Assembly: GCA_021107835.1 (NCBI GenBank)
Contig: JAIOSD010000048.1
Coordinates: 1 to 34,656, forward strand
Source: an archaeon
GTDB lineage: Archaea > Nanobdellota > Nanobdellia > SCGC-AAA011-G17 > PNOQ01
Direction of reading: 5' to 3'
DNA length: 34,656 nucleotides
Position 1 is the first letter of the stretch, and each line of letters starts with the position of its first letter. A model generated the notes under the pieces. It made no database searches. It was not told the origin of the DNA and saw nothing but the letters and a program-made list of their open reading frames with translations. The position numbers were made by a program, and so were the translations under genes. Of the stretch, positions 26,253-34,121 are shown piece after piece.

Positions 26253-27100
26253 TGATGACAAGCCCCCGCAACTTCTTCAGCACTACCAACATAAAGATAA
26301 GAAACATAATCTGTTTTCCTAGCAAGAGTTTCTGCAAAAACATCTATAATTAGTCCGCCTGCACACCCAATAACTCCTCCAACGGCAGTTCCAGCAACAG
26401 GAAGAACAACAGAACCAATCGCACCACCAATATACGCACCACCAACACAACTTCCAACACCTAAAACAATTTCTGTAGTATCTGGAGTTTCCCAAAAGTT
26501 TTTCCAAAGATCTGCCCTCTTATCTGCAAAAAAGACAACATAAAGAGAATCATTCAAATCAACACTAGAATCAGTAGAATAGCCCATATAACCAGAGCTA
26601 TCAACTTTGTAAAAATATTCATAAAAAGTTCTCTTAGATCCTAAAGGAATTCTCTCAGTAGCCAAAAAATCATTAAAGTCACTTAAAGGAATATTATTAA
26701 TCTCTTTTTTTATATCCTCTGAAAAATCTATCCTAGAACAAACAAAACACCAATTGTCCCCTTTCCATAAATCCCAATCAGGCATAAAATCCTTTTCTCC
26801 CTCAGCAAATTGATACCAACAATCATACATTTCTCCTGCAATAGTTTCATAAATTTCATCTTCATCTTTAGAATCTATTTCAACCAAATTAGTCTCACAA
26901 TCAAAATCCATTCCAAAAGGGGAATTTCCAAGTATTTTAGTTTGAGCCCGTAACAACACACTATTTCTACAAGCTTCTCTATCTAAAGAATCACTTCCAA
27001 GATTAGCAAATGCACCAGTAACCCATAATAAAACAACCCCAGAAATAAGAACTATTAACAATCCAACGATAGTCCACATAGTCATTCCTTTCTTATCCAA
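26249..27100 (-). CDS. pilus-locus protein 2: DKKG motif + TM helix, ectodomain, C-terminal glycine-zipper hydrophobic region
   Basis: With the TTG at 27100 the protein begins (M)DKKGMTMWTIVGLLIVLISGVVLLWV... The C-terminus is GVGSCVGGAYIGGAIGSVVLPVAGTAVGGVIGCAGGLII. The start is uncertain: GTG at 27127, TTG at 27100 or ATG at 27085. Confidence 0.6.
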   Translation of the reverse strand: MDKKGMTMWTIVGLLIVLISGVVLLWVTGAFANLGSDSLDREACRNSVLLRAQTKILGNSPFGMDFDCETNLVEIDSKDEDEIYETIAGEMYDCWYQFAEGEKDFMPDWDLWKGDNWCFVCSRIDFSEDIKKEINNIPLSDFNDFLATERIPLGSKRTFYEYFYKVDSSGYMGYSTDSSVDLNDSLYVVFFADKRADLWKNFWETPDTTEIVLGVGSCVGGAYIGGAIGSVVLPVAGTAVGGVIGCAGGLIIDVFAETLARKTDYVSYLYVGSAEEVAGACHQ

Positions 27101-27203
27101 GAAAACCAAGCCCCCCAGTAACAGCACTATAAAAAAGATAGATAGTTACAATTATTAAAACTAAAACAATAATCTCAGTAAGGGTCATACTACCACCTTT
27201 CAT
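27093..27203 (-). CDS. 36-aa mini-pilin-like peptide (absent from ORF track)
   Basis: My translation is MKGGSMTLTEIIVLVLIIVTIYLFYSAVTGGLGFLG. It is the first ORF after the platform gene. The alternative start at the second ATG (27188) is preceded by AGGTGG. Confidence 0.4.
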   Translation of the reverse strand: MKGGSMTLTEIIVLVLIIVTIYLFYSAVTGGLGFLG

Positions 27204-27220
27204 ACAATTAAAATAAATTA

Positions 27221-27234
27221 AAATATATATAAAG
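27221..27234 (-). promoter_or_regulatory. TATA-like box (CTTTATATATATTT) upstream of the pilin gene string
   Basis: It lies 18-31 nt upstream of the ATG at 27203, in the only non-overlapping gap (40 nt) after the platform gene. Confidence 0.35.
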
Positions 27235-27243
27235 ATTTCCTTA

Positions 27244-29388
27244 TCAAATCATATTGGAACTAGTTGTCAAAACCTGCGAAGCAATATAATTGAACAACAA
27301 AATACCAATCAAAGCAATCGCTAGATATATTAGAGTCCCCTTCAGAATATTCTTTCCTGCACTATTTTGCTCATTTAATTTATCCACTCCAAACTCAATA
27401 CCATTCACCAACACACTTAAAATATATATTATCTGGATTACATAAACCCCTACAACAACCTGAAACCAATATCCTGGAATAGCATCTGTTTTAGAAAACA
27501 TATCAGCTACAGTACTTACATCAAAACCAGCAGAAACATCTCCTGCATTTACTTGATCTAACAAATTACTCAACTTAGAAATCACCCCTACAATCATACT
27601 AGAAATACCTACAACAATGCCAGAAATAACAGGAGCCATAAATTTAATCTGGCTCTGCATACTAGAGATAATTTCAGCTAATAAATCTTTTAACCTTTCA
27701 TTAACTTTGTGAACATTACCCACATATTGAGAAATACTAGTTAAAGATTGTGCCACGATCTTTGGACCTTTTCTAGAACTTTCTAATAAAACTTCCATAG
27801 AACTCTGAACTAAAGGGCTCGGATAATCTAAATAAGCACCATTTTCAGGATTAAAAATAGCCTCTTTTAAACTCATCCCCCCTTTAACCAAATTCAAATG
27901 AACTTTTCCAAAAAATTTCCCTGCAGGAGTACCACTCATCGTTTTAGCAACATCTTTAAATGCTAATTCAGAAGGGATTCCATCCCCAATACGAGTCCCA
28001 AGTTGGAATAATGCAGTAGCAAACTCACTCTCTAATCTTTTAGTTTCTTTTCTAAGTTTCATAGCTTTTTTAGTTTTAGAGTTAAAATACATCCAAAGTG
28101 AAATAGCAAACCCAAGCGGAATAAATAAACCAATTAACAAAGCACCCAAACCAAAAGGCCCAACACAACCAGAATTATTACATTCAAAGTCTAAAAACTT
28201 TTCGCCACCAGATCCATCAGAATTTGACCAAAAAGTAATATCAAAACCAGGATTTATTTCATGAAGAATAAATGGGCTAGCCCCTATAATCAAAAAGAAT
28301 AAGGAGATTATAATTGCAGTAAAAGCCACCCCTTTCTTAGACTTAAAGGGCACTTTAACTTGTCCATAACTTCCAGGACGTTTGTTTAAAATATTAACTC
28401 CAACACTATAAACAAGTAAAGGCAACAAAACATTATATAATATAGCTAAGTGATACCACTTAACAGAACCCAAAAACACCCCAATTAAAGGAAACATAAC
28501 CAACCCTAAAATAGGTAAGATTACACCAAGCATGTGCAACATAGTAATAGGATTTTTCAAATCATGTGCATAATGCAACATCTTTTCATAAATTCCATCC
28601 AAAATAGTTTTTAGAGATTTATCTAATAATTCTGTTCTTCTTCCTTCACTGGGTTCATACAAACTACTTTCAATAAGGTGAAAAGAATTAACAAATTCTA
28701 AATTATGCTCCCTCCACTTACCAAGATAACTCTCTAAAGATTCTTTTAATGTTGAATATTTGCTAGTCTGAACATCCCAAAAAATCTTTCTCAAATCCAA
28801 AGACAAAGAACCACTTAAATGATCAGAAGCGAACTTAATAGCATTCTCTAAGTTAGAAGTATGCCTCATATAAATAACAATGTAAAGAATACAAAGCACC
28901 ATTTGATTGCTTGCATCTAATCTCCACCTACCAGCAATATAATTCGGCAATCTAGTCAAAGGACCAATAAGCAACACAGAAACCAAAATCAAAAGAAGAG
29001 CTACAAAAACTATCCCAAACCTATCTGTAAGAAAATAAGAAACCCCTCCAATAACCAAACCAATCAAAACCAATAAAGTAGAAACCAAAATGGCAAAGCT
29101 GGCAGCGCCAACAGGAGTTATAGCTAAATGAGAAATATCAATACTTTTTTCTATTTTTTCAATATCTTTATCAGAAGGATTTACTTTCACAATACTTTCA
29201 GAAAAATTACATAACTTCTCATATCTAGTAAACCCCTTACCAAGTGCTTCTTCTCTAAATTTGGAATATTCTTTAGAAAACTCTGGATCCGGTTGATATT
29301 CTTCAACTTCATCCAAAGTAACTCTTTTATCCAGTTTTGCTTTGTATTTGTTTAAGATATCTTGGATTTCTTTATTAGATATAGGCAT
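27244..29388 (-). CDS. FlaJ/TadC/PilC-like polytopic platform protein (T2SS F-type)
   Basis: 714 aa with many TM helices and two soluble helical blocks (for example KRLESEFATALFQLGTRIGDGIPSELAFKDVAKTM). Its ATG directly follows the ATPase stop. Confidence 0.7.
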   Translation of the reverse strand: MPISNKEIQDILNKYKAKLDKRVTLDEVEEYQPDPEFSKEYSKFREEALGKGFTRYEKLCNFSESIVKVNPSDKDIEKIEKSIDISHLAITPVGAASFAILVSTLLVLIGLVIGGVSYFLTDRFGIVFVALLLILVSVLLIGPLTRLPNYIAGRWRLDASNQMVLCILYIVIYMRHTSNLENAIKFASDHLSGSLSLDLRKIFWDVQTSKYSTLKESLESYLGKWREHNLEFVNSFHLIESSLYEPSEGRRTELLDKSLKTILDGIYEKMLHYAHDLKNPITMLHMLGVILPILGLVMFPLIGVFLGSVKWYHLAILYNVLLPLLVYSVGVNILNKRPGSYGQVKVPFKSKKGVAFTAIIISLFFLIIGASPFILHEINPGFDITFWSNSDGSGGEKFLDFECNNSGCVGPFGLGALLIGLFIPLGFAISLWMYFNSKTKKAMKLRKETKRLESEFATALFQLGTRIGDGIPSELAFKDVAKTMSGTPAGKFFGKVHLNLVKGGMSLKEAIFNPENGAYLDYPSPLVQSSMEVLLESSRKGPKIVAQSLTSISQYVGNVHKVNERLKDLLAEIISSMQSQIKFMAPVISGIVVGISSMIVGVISKLSNLLDQVNAGDVSAGFDVSTVADMFSKTDAIPGYWFQVVVGVYVIQIIYILSVLVNGIEFGVDKLNEQNSAGKNILKGTLIYLAIALIGILLFNYIASQVLTTSSNMI

Positions 29389-31677
29389 CTATACACTCCT
29401 TTTAATTTCTTTTTTCAACCAATCTTTCCATCTAAATAAGATTTTTTTATTATCTAGTTCTCCCGTTTTACTAAGCACCTCATCAGAGATTTTATGAAAA
29501 GCATCATTTGAAGCAAGTACAAAAGAAGCTTCTAATAAATCTTTTCTTTTAAGTTCATTAGCATTTTTAACTAACTCTTCTTTTATCTCCTTTCTAACCA
29601 TAATATTTTCCCAAACAGCATCCCAATTCCCAGCCCATTCTTTTACATTTCCAGCTATTTGTTTTATAACTTCAGAATCACCATTTAACAAATTATCTGT
29701 AGGTTCCAACAAATCAGTCTCAGGATTATAAACCATTAAATCAACAACCCCCCCTTCACGCAAAGGATCTTCTTCCCATTCCTTCCTTACTTCAGTAATA
29801 CTTAAAACTCTTCTAACACTCTTCAAACCATCTGGTGTTTTTATTGGATTAGCAACAACAATTATATCAGTCGCCTTAAAACTAGTTCTCGGAACTCCTA
29901 AATCATTAACCACCCTATCAAAAACAGAATAAGGGCTTCCACCATGAATAGTACCTGCAACAACATTTGCTAAAGCACCAATCCTCATTGCCTCATAAAG
30001 AGCCAAAGCTTGTTTACTTCTAACCTCTCCAACAATCAAACTACTATCGCCCAACCTCAAACTAGCCCTTATCCCTTCCTCTGCAGCTAATTCAGTCCCA
30101 CCTTCAGATAAAGCAGATCTAACTTTCAAAGGTTGTATATTGTATCCTAAATGTCTTAATGACCTAACTGGTAATTCTAAAGTGTCTTCAACCGTAATTA
30201 ATCTGTATTTTCTCATAATCTCAACCATACAAGAGCCAAGCAAAGAAGTTTTCCCACTACTTCTAGTACCTGCAACCAACATCGTTCTTCCCCCATCAAT
30301 TAAAAAACTCAAAAGGGCAGCACCAAGTGAGCTTATCATTTTATTATCAATAAATAAAGGCAAGGTCCAAGGTTTGTCTCTATGTCTCCTGAATGCATAT
30401 CCCAATCCAACAGGATTTAAAGGACTAGAAATAATTGCAACTCTTGCTCTTGCACCAGGAATTACTAACTCAGTGTCTAAAATAGGATTTGCTTCATCTA
30501 AAGGTCTTCCAGAAATCATTCTAAATTTAGTTGCCCAACCTTCACCATCTGCTTTACTGGGAATAATATTAGTTGAACATTCTCCATAATCTTGATGTAC
30601 AATATAAATAGGTGCCTCCCCAATAGGACCATTAACAACAATATCTTGTATCTTATCATCTCTTAATAAAACTTCTAACAACCCAAATCCAACAGTATAT
30701 CTAACCAAAATAGCAGCCAATTTTTTTATTTCCTCAAAAGAAATATTCATTTGCTGTCGCTCAGCCAACTCACTAATTAAATCTCTTCCAATATTAAAAA
30801 AAGTTTCCCTCATTCTTTCAGGATCAGTAAATTCTTCAGCAACAGGTTCGTGTTCAGAAAGAACAGATTTAGCAAGATCCAACAAACTTAATTTATCCTC
30901 ACTAAGTCCAAATTCAGGAGGGGTAATGTGATACCTGTTCTTTATATCATCATCCACTTGAAAAATCATAACACCAATATCTTCTCCAACAAGATAACTA
31001 TCTATTTCATTTGCATTAATGGGTGGTTCAGCCATTAACCGAGTATGTATAAAATTTGGAGTTATAATGGGTCTGAAAAAATTAGTATAGAGAGTTCTTT
31101 CCCCAATAGCATAACCATCTAAATCAGATTTAGCAAGTAAAATTAACTTTGTTTTTTCTAATAATTCAAGCATTTCCTCCAACGTCTTCAAATAAACATT
31201 TACTTGGGTTACATCTTCTGACAATTTTCCACTTTTAAGTTTTATTTTTTCTTCTCGCACCAGCCTTTTAAGCTCAACATAAGCTCCAAGAGGATCTGTT
31301 CTAAGTAAATTTGTAACAACATACTGTATATTAGCAAACCGCTTAGAAACCGCAGTAGATAAATAAGGATCTGCCCCAACAGAATACAAACTTAAAATCC
31401 TTTTTTGTTTAGTTAAAAAAATATAAATATTCGCAATCTCCCTTAACATTGCAGTCTGTTCACTATCATATTGATAGTTTCTATCAAAAGATAGTACAAT
31501 CCGATTAACACCTGGACTCTCAATTAATTTATCAATAATACTTGCCATACAAATACCATTATCTTCAATAGAAGGTGGATAAGATAGTCCAAAAAAATTA
31601 ACCCTCATTATATGCTCTTCGCCTTCTTCTACTAGCTCATACTCTCCAGGTTTCAATTTTTTTTGAGAAATTGTCAT
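29389..31677 (-). CDS. type II/IV secretion family ATPase (FlaI/VirB11/GspE superfamily), extended form
   Basis: Motifs: IQDIVVNGP, Walker A VAGTRSSGKTS (about 30247..30270), ITVEDTLEL, Walker B LIVGEVR, His box VAGTIHGG. The ATG at 31677 is preceded by GGGGAGTGGTGAT. An alternative ATG at 31701 would give 770 aa. Confidence 0.85.
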   Translation of the reverse strand: MTISQKKLKPGEYELVEEGEEHIMRVNFFGLSYPPSIEDNGICMASIIDKLIESPGVNRIVLSFDRNYQYDSEQTAMLREIANIYIFLTKQKRILSLYSVGADPYLSTAVSKRFANIQYVVTNLLRTDPLGAYVELKRLVREEKIKLKSGKLSEDVTQVNVYLKTLEEMLELLEKTKLILLAKSDLDGYAIGERTLYTNFFRPIITPNFIHTRLMAEPPINANEIDSYLVGEDIGVMIFQVDDDIKNRYHITPPEFGLSEDKLSLLDLAKSVLSEHEPVAEEFTDPERMRETFFNIGRDLISELAERQQMNISFEEIKKLAAILVRYTVGFGLLEVLLRDDKIQDIVVNGPIGEAPIYIVHQDYGECSTNIIPSKADGEGWATKFRMISGRPLDEANPILDTELVIPGARARVAIISSPLNPVGLGYAFRRHRDKPWTLPLFIDNKMISSLGAALLSFLIDGGRTMLVAGTRSSGKTSLLGSCMVEIMRKYRLITVEDTLELPVRSLRHLGYNIQPLKVRSALSEGGTELAAEEGIRASLRLGDSSLIVGEVRSKQALALYEAMRIGALANVVAGTIHGGSPYSVFDRVVNDLGVPRTSFKATDIIVVANPIKTPDGLKSVRRVLSITEVRKEWEEDPLREGGVVDLMVYNPETDLLEPTDNLLNGDSEVIKQIAGNVKEWAGNWDAVWENIMVRKEIKEELVKNANELKRKDLLEASFVLASNDAFHKISDEVLSKTGELDNKKILFRWKDWLKKEIKRSV

Positions 31678-31763
31678 ATCACCACTCCCCTTTAACAACA
31701 TAAAGTTTATTATAGTATCTAATAAAAGCTATATTAATCTGATTAAATAGTTTTCGTTTTAAA

Positions 31764-32153
31764 ATGAATCCAACACAACAAATACAGGCGCAATACAGCC
31801 CAATGAATGAAATAAATACTCGTGTAAGAATTCTAGAAGGAAAATATAACCTAACAAGAGAGCGTATGTTACTTATAAATCAAAATATGATAGATCACTA
31901 CAAAACACTAAGTACAGAGCTAAGAACAATAAATGAAGACCTGAAAGAAATAAAAGAAACACTAGAAACAATGAAAGAAACAACAAAAAATGTTGTAAAG
32001 GAAATGTCTTTTTTCGCAAGAAAAGACCAATTAAAAATTTTAGAAAAATATATTAACATGTGGAATCCATTAAACTTCGTAACTGAAAAAGAAGTCTTAG
32101 AAATTATGAAAAAAAAGAGGACAAAAAATGCAACTAAACGAAAAAGAAAATAG
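31764..32153 (+). CDS. coiled-coil protein with basic tail (FlaC-like?)
   Basis: 129 aa with heptad-like stretches (LSTELRTINEDLKEIKETLETMKETTKNVVKEM), then INMWNPLNF, and a C-terminal KKKRTKNATKRKRK. It is divergent from the ATPase gene. Confidence 0.55.
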   Translation: MNPTQQIQAQYSPMNEINTRVRILEGKYNLTRERMLLINQNMIDHYKTLSTELRTINEDLKEIKETLETMKETTKNVVKEMSFFARKDQLKILEKYINMWNPLNFVTEKEVLEIMKKKRTKNATKRKRK

Positions 32154-32748
32154 AGATTCCCCTATACAAAGAGTTTTAGATCTCAAAAGAGGCGGAAGAA
32201 CAAATCAAGACATTCCAAACACCCTAAGAAAAGAAAATTTTGGAAATCAGGAAATATCAAGTGCATTAGACCAAGCAACTGTAAAAGGAGAAATTAATCC
32301 AGATGAAGTGCCTTCTCCAGCACAAGCTACCCAAGAAATCCCAAAACAAGAATATTCTCCTCAACAAGAAGCCCCTTTACAATCAAATATACCGACGTTT
32401 GCTCCAGAACCAGCTGGAAGAGCAAACTACGAAATGGTAGAACAAATAGCAGAATCAGTAGTTTCAGAAAAATGGGAAGACATGGTTAAAAACGTTGGCG
32501 ATTTAAGGTTATGGAAAGAAAAAGTAGAAACAGATTTATCTGGCGTAAAACAAGAAATATTAAGAACACAATCTAGATTTGAAAATTTGCAAAAAGCTGT
32601 GCTAGGTAAAGTAACAGAATATAGTGCTGGAATAACTGACTTAAACGCAGAAATGAAAGCAATGGAAAAAGTATTTGAAAAAATTCTAGAACCTCTAACA
32701 AGAAGTGTTAAAGACTTGGAAAAAGTAACTCAAAAGATAAAAAAATAA
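32128..32748 (+). CDS. protein with small helical N-domain, Pro/Gln-rich linker and C-terminal coiled coil
   Basis: IQRVLDLKRGGRTNQDIPNTLRKENFGNQEISSALDQA, then a P/Q-rich linker, then LRLWKEKVETDLSGVKQEILRTQSRFENLQKAV... It overlaps the upstream gene by 26 nt. Confidence 0.55.
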   Translation: MQLNEKENRDSPIQRVLDLKRGGRTNQDIPNTLRKENFGNQEISSALDQATVKGEINPDEVPSPAQATQEIPKQEYSPQQEAPLQSNIPTFAPEPAGRANYEMVEQIAESVVSEKWEDMVKNVGDLRLWKEKVETDLSGVKQEILRTQSRFENLQKAVLGKVTEYSAGITDLNAEMKAMEKVFEKILEPLTRSVKDLEKVTQKIKK

Positions 32749-32749
32749 A

Positions 32750-32766
32750 GACTAAAAAGTTTAGTC
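32750..32766. terminator. perfect 7-bp hairpin (GACTAAA-aag-TTTAGTC) between convergent genes
   Basis: It starts 2 nt after the TAA of 32128..32748. Read on the minus strand it is followed by TTTATTTTTT. Confidence 0.3.
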
Positions 32767-32820
32767 ACCCACAAAACTCATTGAATATAACCTTTCTTAT
32801 GTCTAATTTCTTAAGGTACC

Positions 32821-33465
32821 TTATAGTTTTTCCATAAAGAAATAGTTTCCAATATGTTCTTTTTTTCCAGCAACCATAGTAATCAATTTAGCTTCAATTA
32901 TACGAAAATACGACTCAAATAATTCTTTCATCTCATCAAAAGATGAATAATATAATTTTGTTCCAGCAGGCATTTTTGCACCTTCAGGAATTATCCTTAA
33001 ATCTTTACCCTTCGCTCCAAAATCAGGATTTTGATTATTGAAACAAATTGATAAATATTTTCCTTTTTTATTCAAAATCCTTTTAATATTCTCTAAATAT
33101 TTATTTCTTTGTTCAGGTATTATATGGTGCAAAATTGCCCACTCGAATACAAAATCAAATTTATCATTTATTATATCTAAATCATCAACATCAAGAGCCA
33201 TAAATTTGATTTTTACACCCTGTTTCGTGGCATTTTCTTTTGCTAGTTTAATGGCATTTTCTGAAATATCTATACCTGTAACATCAAAACCTTTTGAAGC
33301 CAAATAAATCGCATAGAAACCTTCGCCACATCCAACATCAAGAACATTACATGGTTTAATCTCTCCACTTTCAACTAAGTCCCTTAATTCTTTAGGTGGT
33401 CCAAATTCTGTCCAGACGGCTACTCCTTCATATATTTTTTCAAACATTTCTTTATCATTGCTCAT
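32821..33465 (-). CDS. class I SAM-dependent methyltransferase
   Basis: Motif I VLDVGCGEGFYAIYLASKGFDVTGIDIS, plus FDFVFEWAILHH. Confidence 0.8.
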   Translation of the reverse strand: MSNDKEMFEKIYEGVAVWTEFGPPKELRDLVESGEIKPCNVLDVGCGEGFYAIYLASKGFDVTGIDISENAIKLAKENATKQGVKIKFMALDVDDLDIINDKFDFVFEWAILHHIIPEQRNKYLENIKRILNKKGKYLSICFNNQNPDFGAKGKDLRIIPEGAKMPAGTKLYYSSFDEMKELFESYFRIIEAKLITMVAGKKEHIGNYFFMEKL

Positions 33466-33603
33466 AACTTAGATAACTAGCTTGTATTATATAAAATTAA
33501 TGATTGACTACACCCAAGGAAACTCTAAAATTTTCCATCGGAACGTTGCACTAACTCTCAGTCTCCGCTACACCCAGACACAACTAACAACGATTATCTA
33601 TAA

Positions 33604-34116
33604 TCACTTCGTTTCTTTAACAACTTTTCCAATAAGAACAACTGCAATTAACATTATTAATAAAACCCCCAAAACATTAGGATGGAAAATAGTTCTCAAA
33701 GCCCACCAACCAGGATCTGCTCCTGCAGAGTAAGGTGTAAACACAGGCCCAAAAACATTAGAAATTGCCACAACAAGAATAGTCAAAGCAAGGTAAAACA
33801 CAATCTGATATGGCACATCAAGTTCAAAAATCCCATCTCCAGGAGTTGCACCAGAAGTATACAAAGCCAACATAATCAAAATAAAAGCAACTATCAACAA
33901 AACATACCAAGTAGAAACTACAGCAACAAATTTAACAGTACTTTCAGAAACCAAAGCCAATAAAGCAACCATCAGAGAAATAACAAAATCAGCTTTCTGA
34001 TACCCCCCAAGAATTTTAGATTTCTGTAAAATCGCAAAAATAACTACAAAAATTAAAATAAACACCAAAACTGGTGTGAAGTATTCCAAAACCCCTGTAT
34101 CCCAAAAAGTTGCCAT
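33604..34116 (-). CDS. 4-TM membrane protein, tandem paralog B
   Basis: MATFWDTGVLEYFTPVLVFILIFVVIFAILQKSKILGG... It shares the N-terminal motif with 34122..34622. Confidence 0.6.
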   Translation of the reverse strand: MATFWDTGVLEYFTPVLVFILIFVVIFAILQKSKILGGYQKADFVISLMVALLALVSESTVKFVAVVSTWYVLLIVAFILIMLALYTSGATPGDGIFELDVPYQIVFYLALTILVVAISNVFGPVFTPYSAGADPGWWALRTIFHPNVLGVLLIMLIAVVLIGKVVKETK

Positions 34117-34121
34117 TAAAA

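Noticed and set aside
26319-26507. 62-aa Cys/Trp/Arg-rich ORF that looks like a cysteine-rich peptide.
   Set aside because: It is an alternative frame of the GGx-rich glycine-zipper coding region of 26249..27100. The repetitive G/C-rich codons explain the odd composition.
33482-33733. 83-aa plus-strand ORF, and a possible tRNA or C/D-box sRNA in the same spacer.
   Set aside because: The ORF runs antisense into the membrane-protein gene and has no start context. I found no acceptor or T-arm pairing and no proper C (UGAUGA) or D (CUGA) box pair on either strand.
641-33963. Track ORFs that lie antisense or out of frame inside longer genes: 641..865, 1605..1802, 5218..5439, 5827..6102, 6550..6771, 7289..7510, 8224..8421, 8515..8766, 9152..9463, 9378..9575, 11881..12123, 12057..12317, 14446..14694, 15924..16142, 16968..17189, 17068..17250, 25829..26014, 30140..30589, 33038..33307, 33682..33963.
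   Set aside because: Each is fully embedded in a longer ORF with recognisable motifs or coherent membrane or secreted features. Their translations are low-complexity (Ser/Asn/Ile/Phe-rich), typical of shadow frames in AT-rich DNA.
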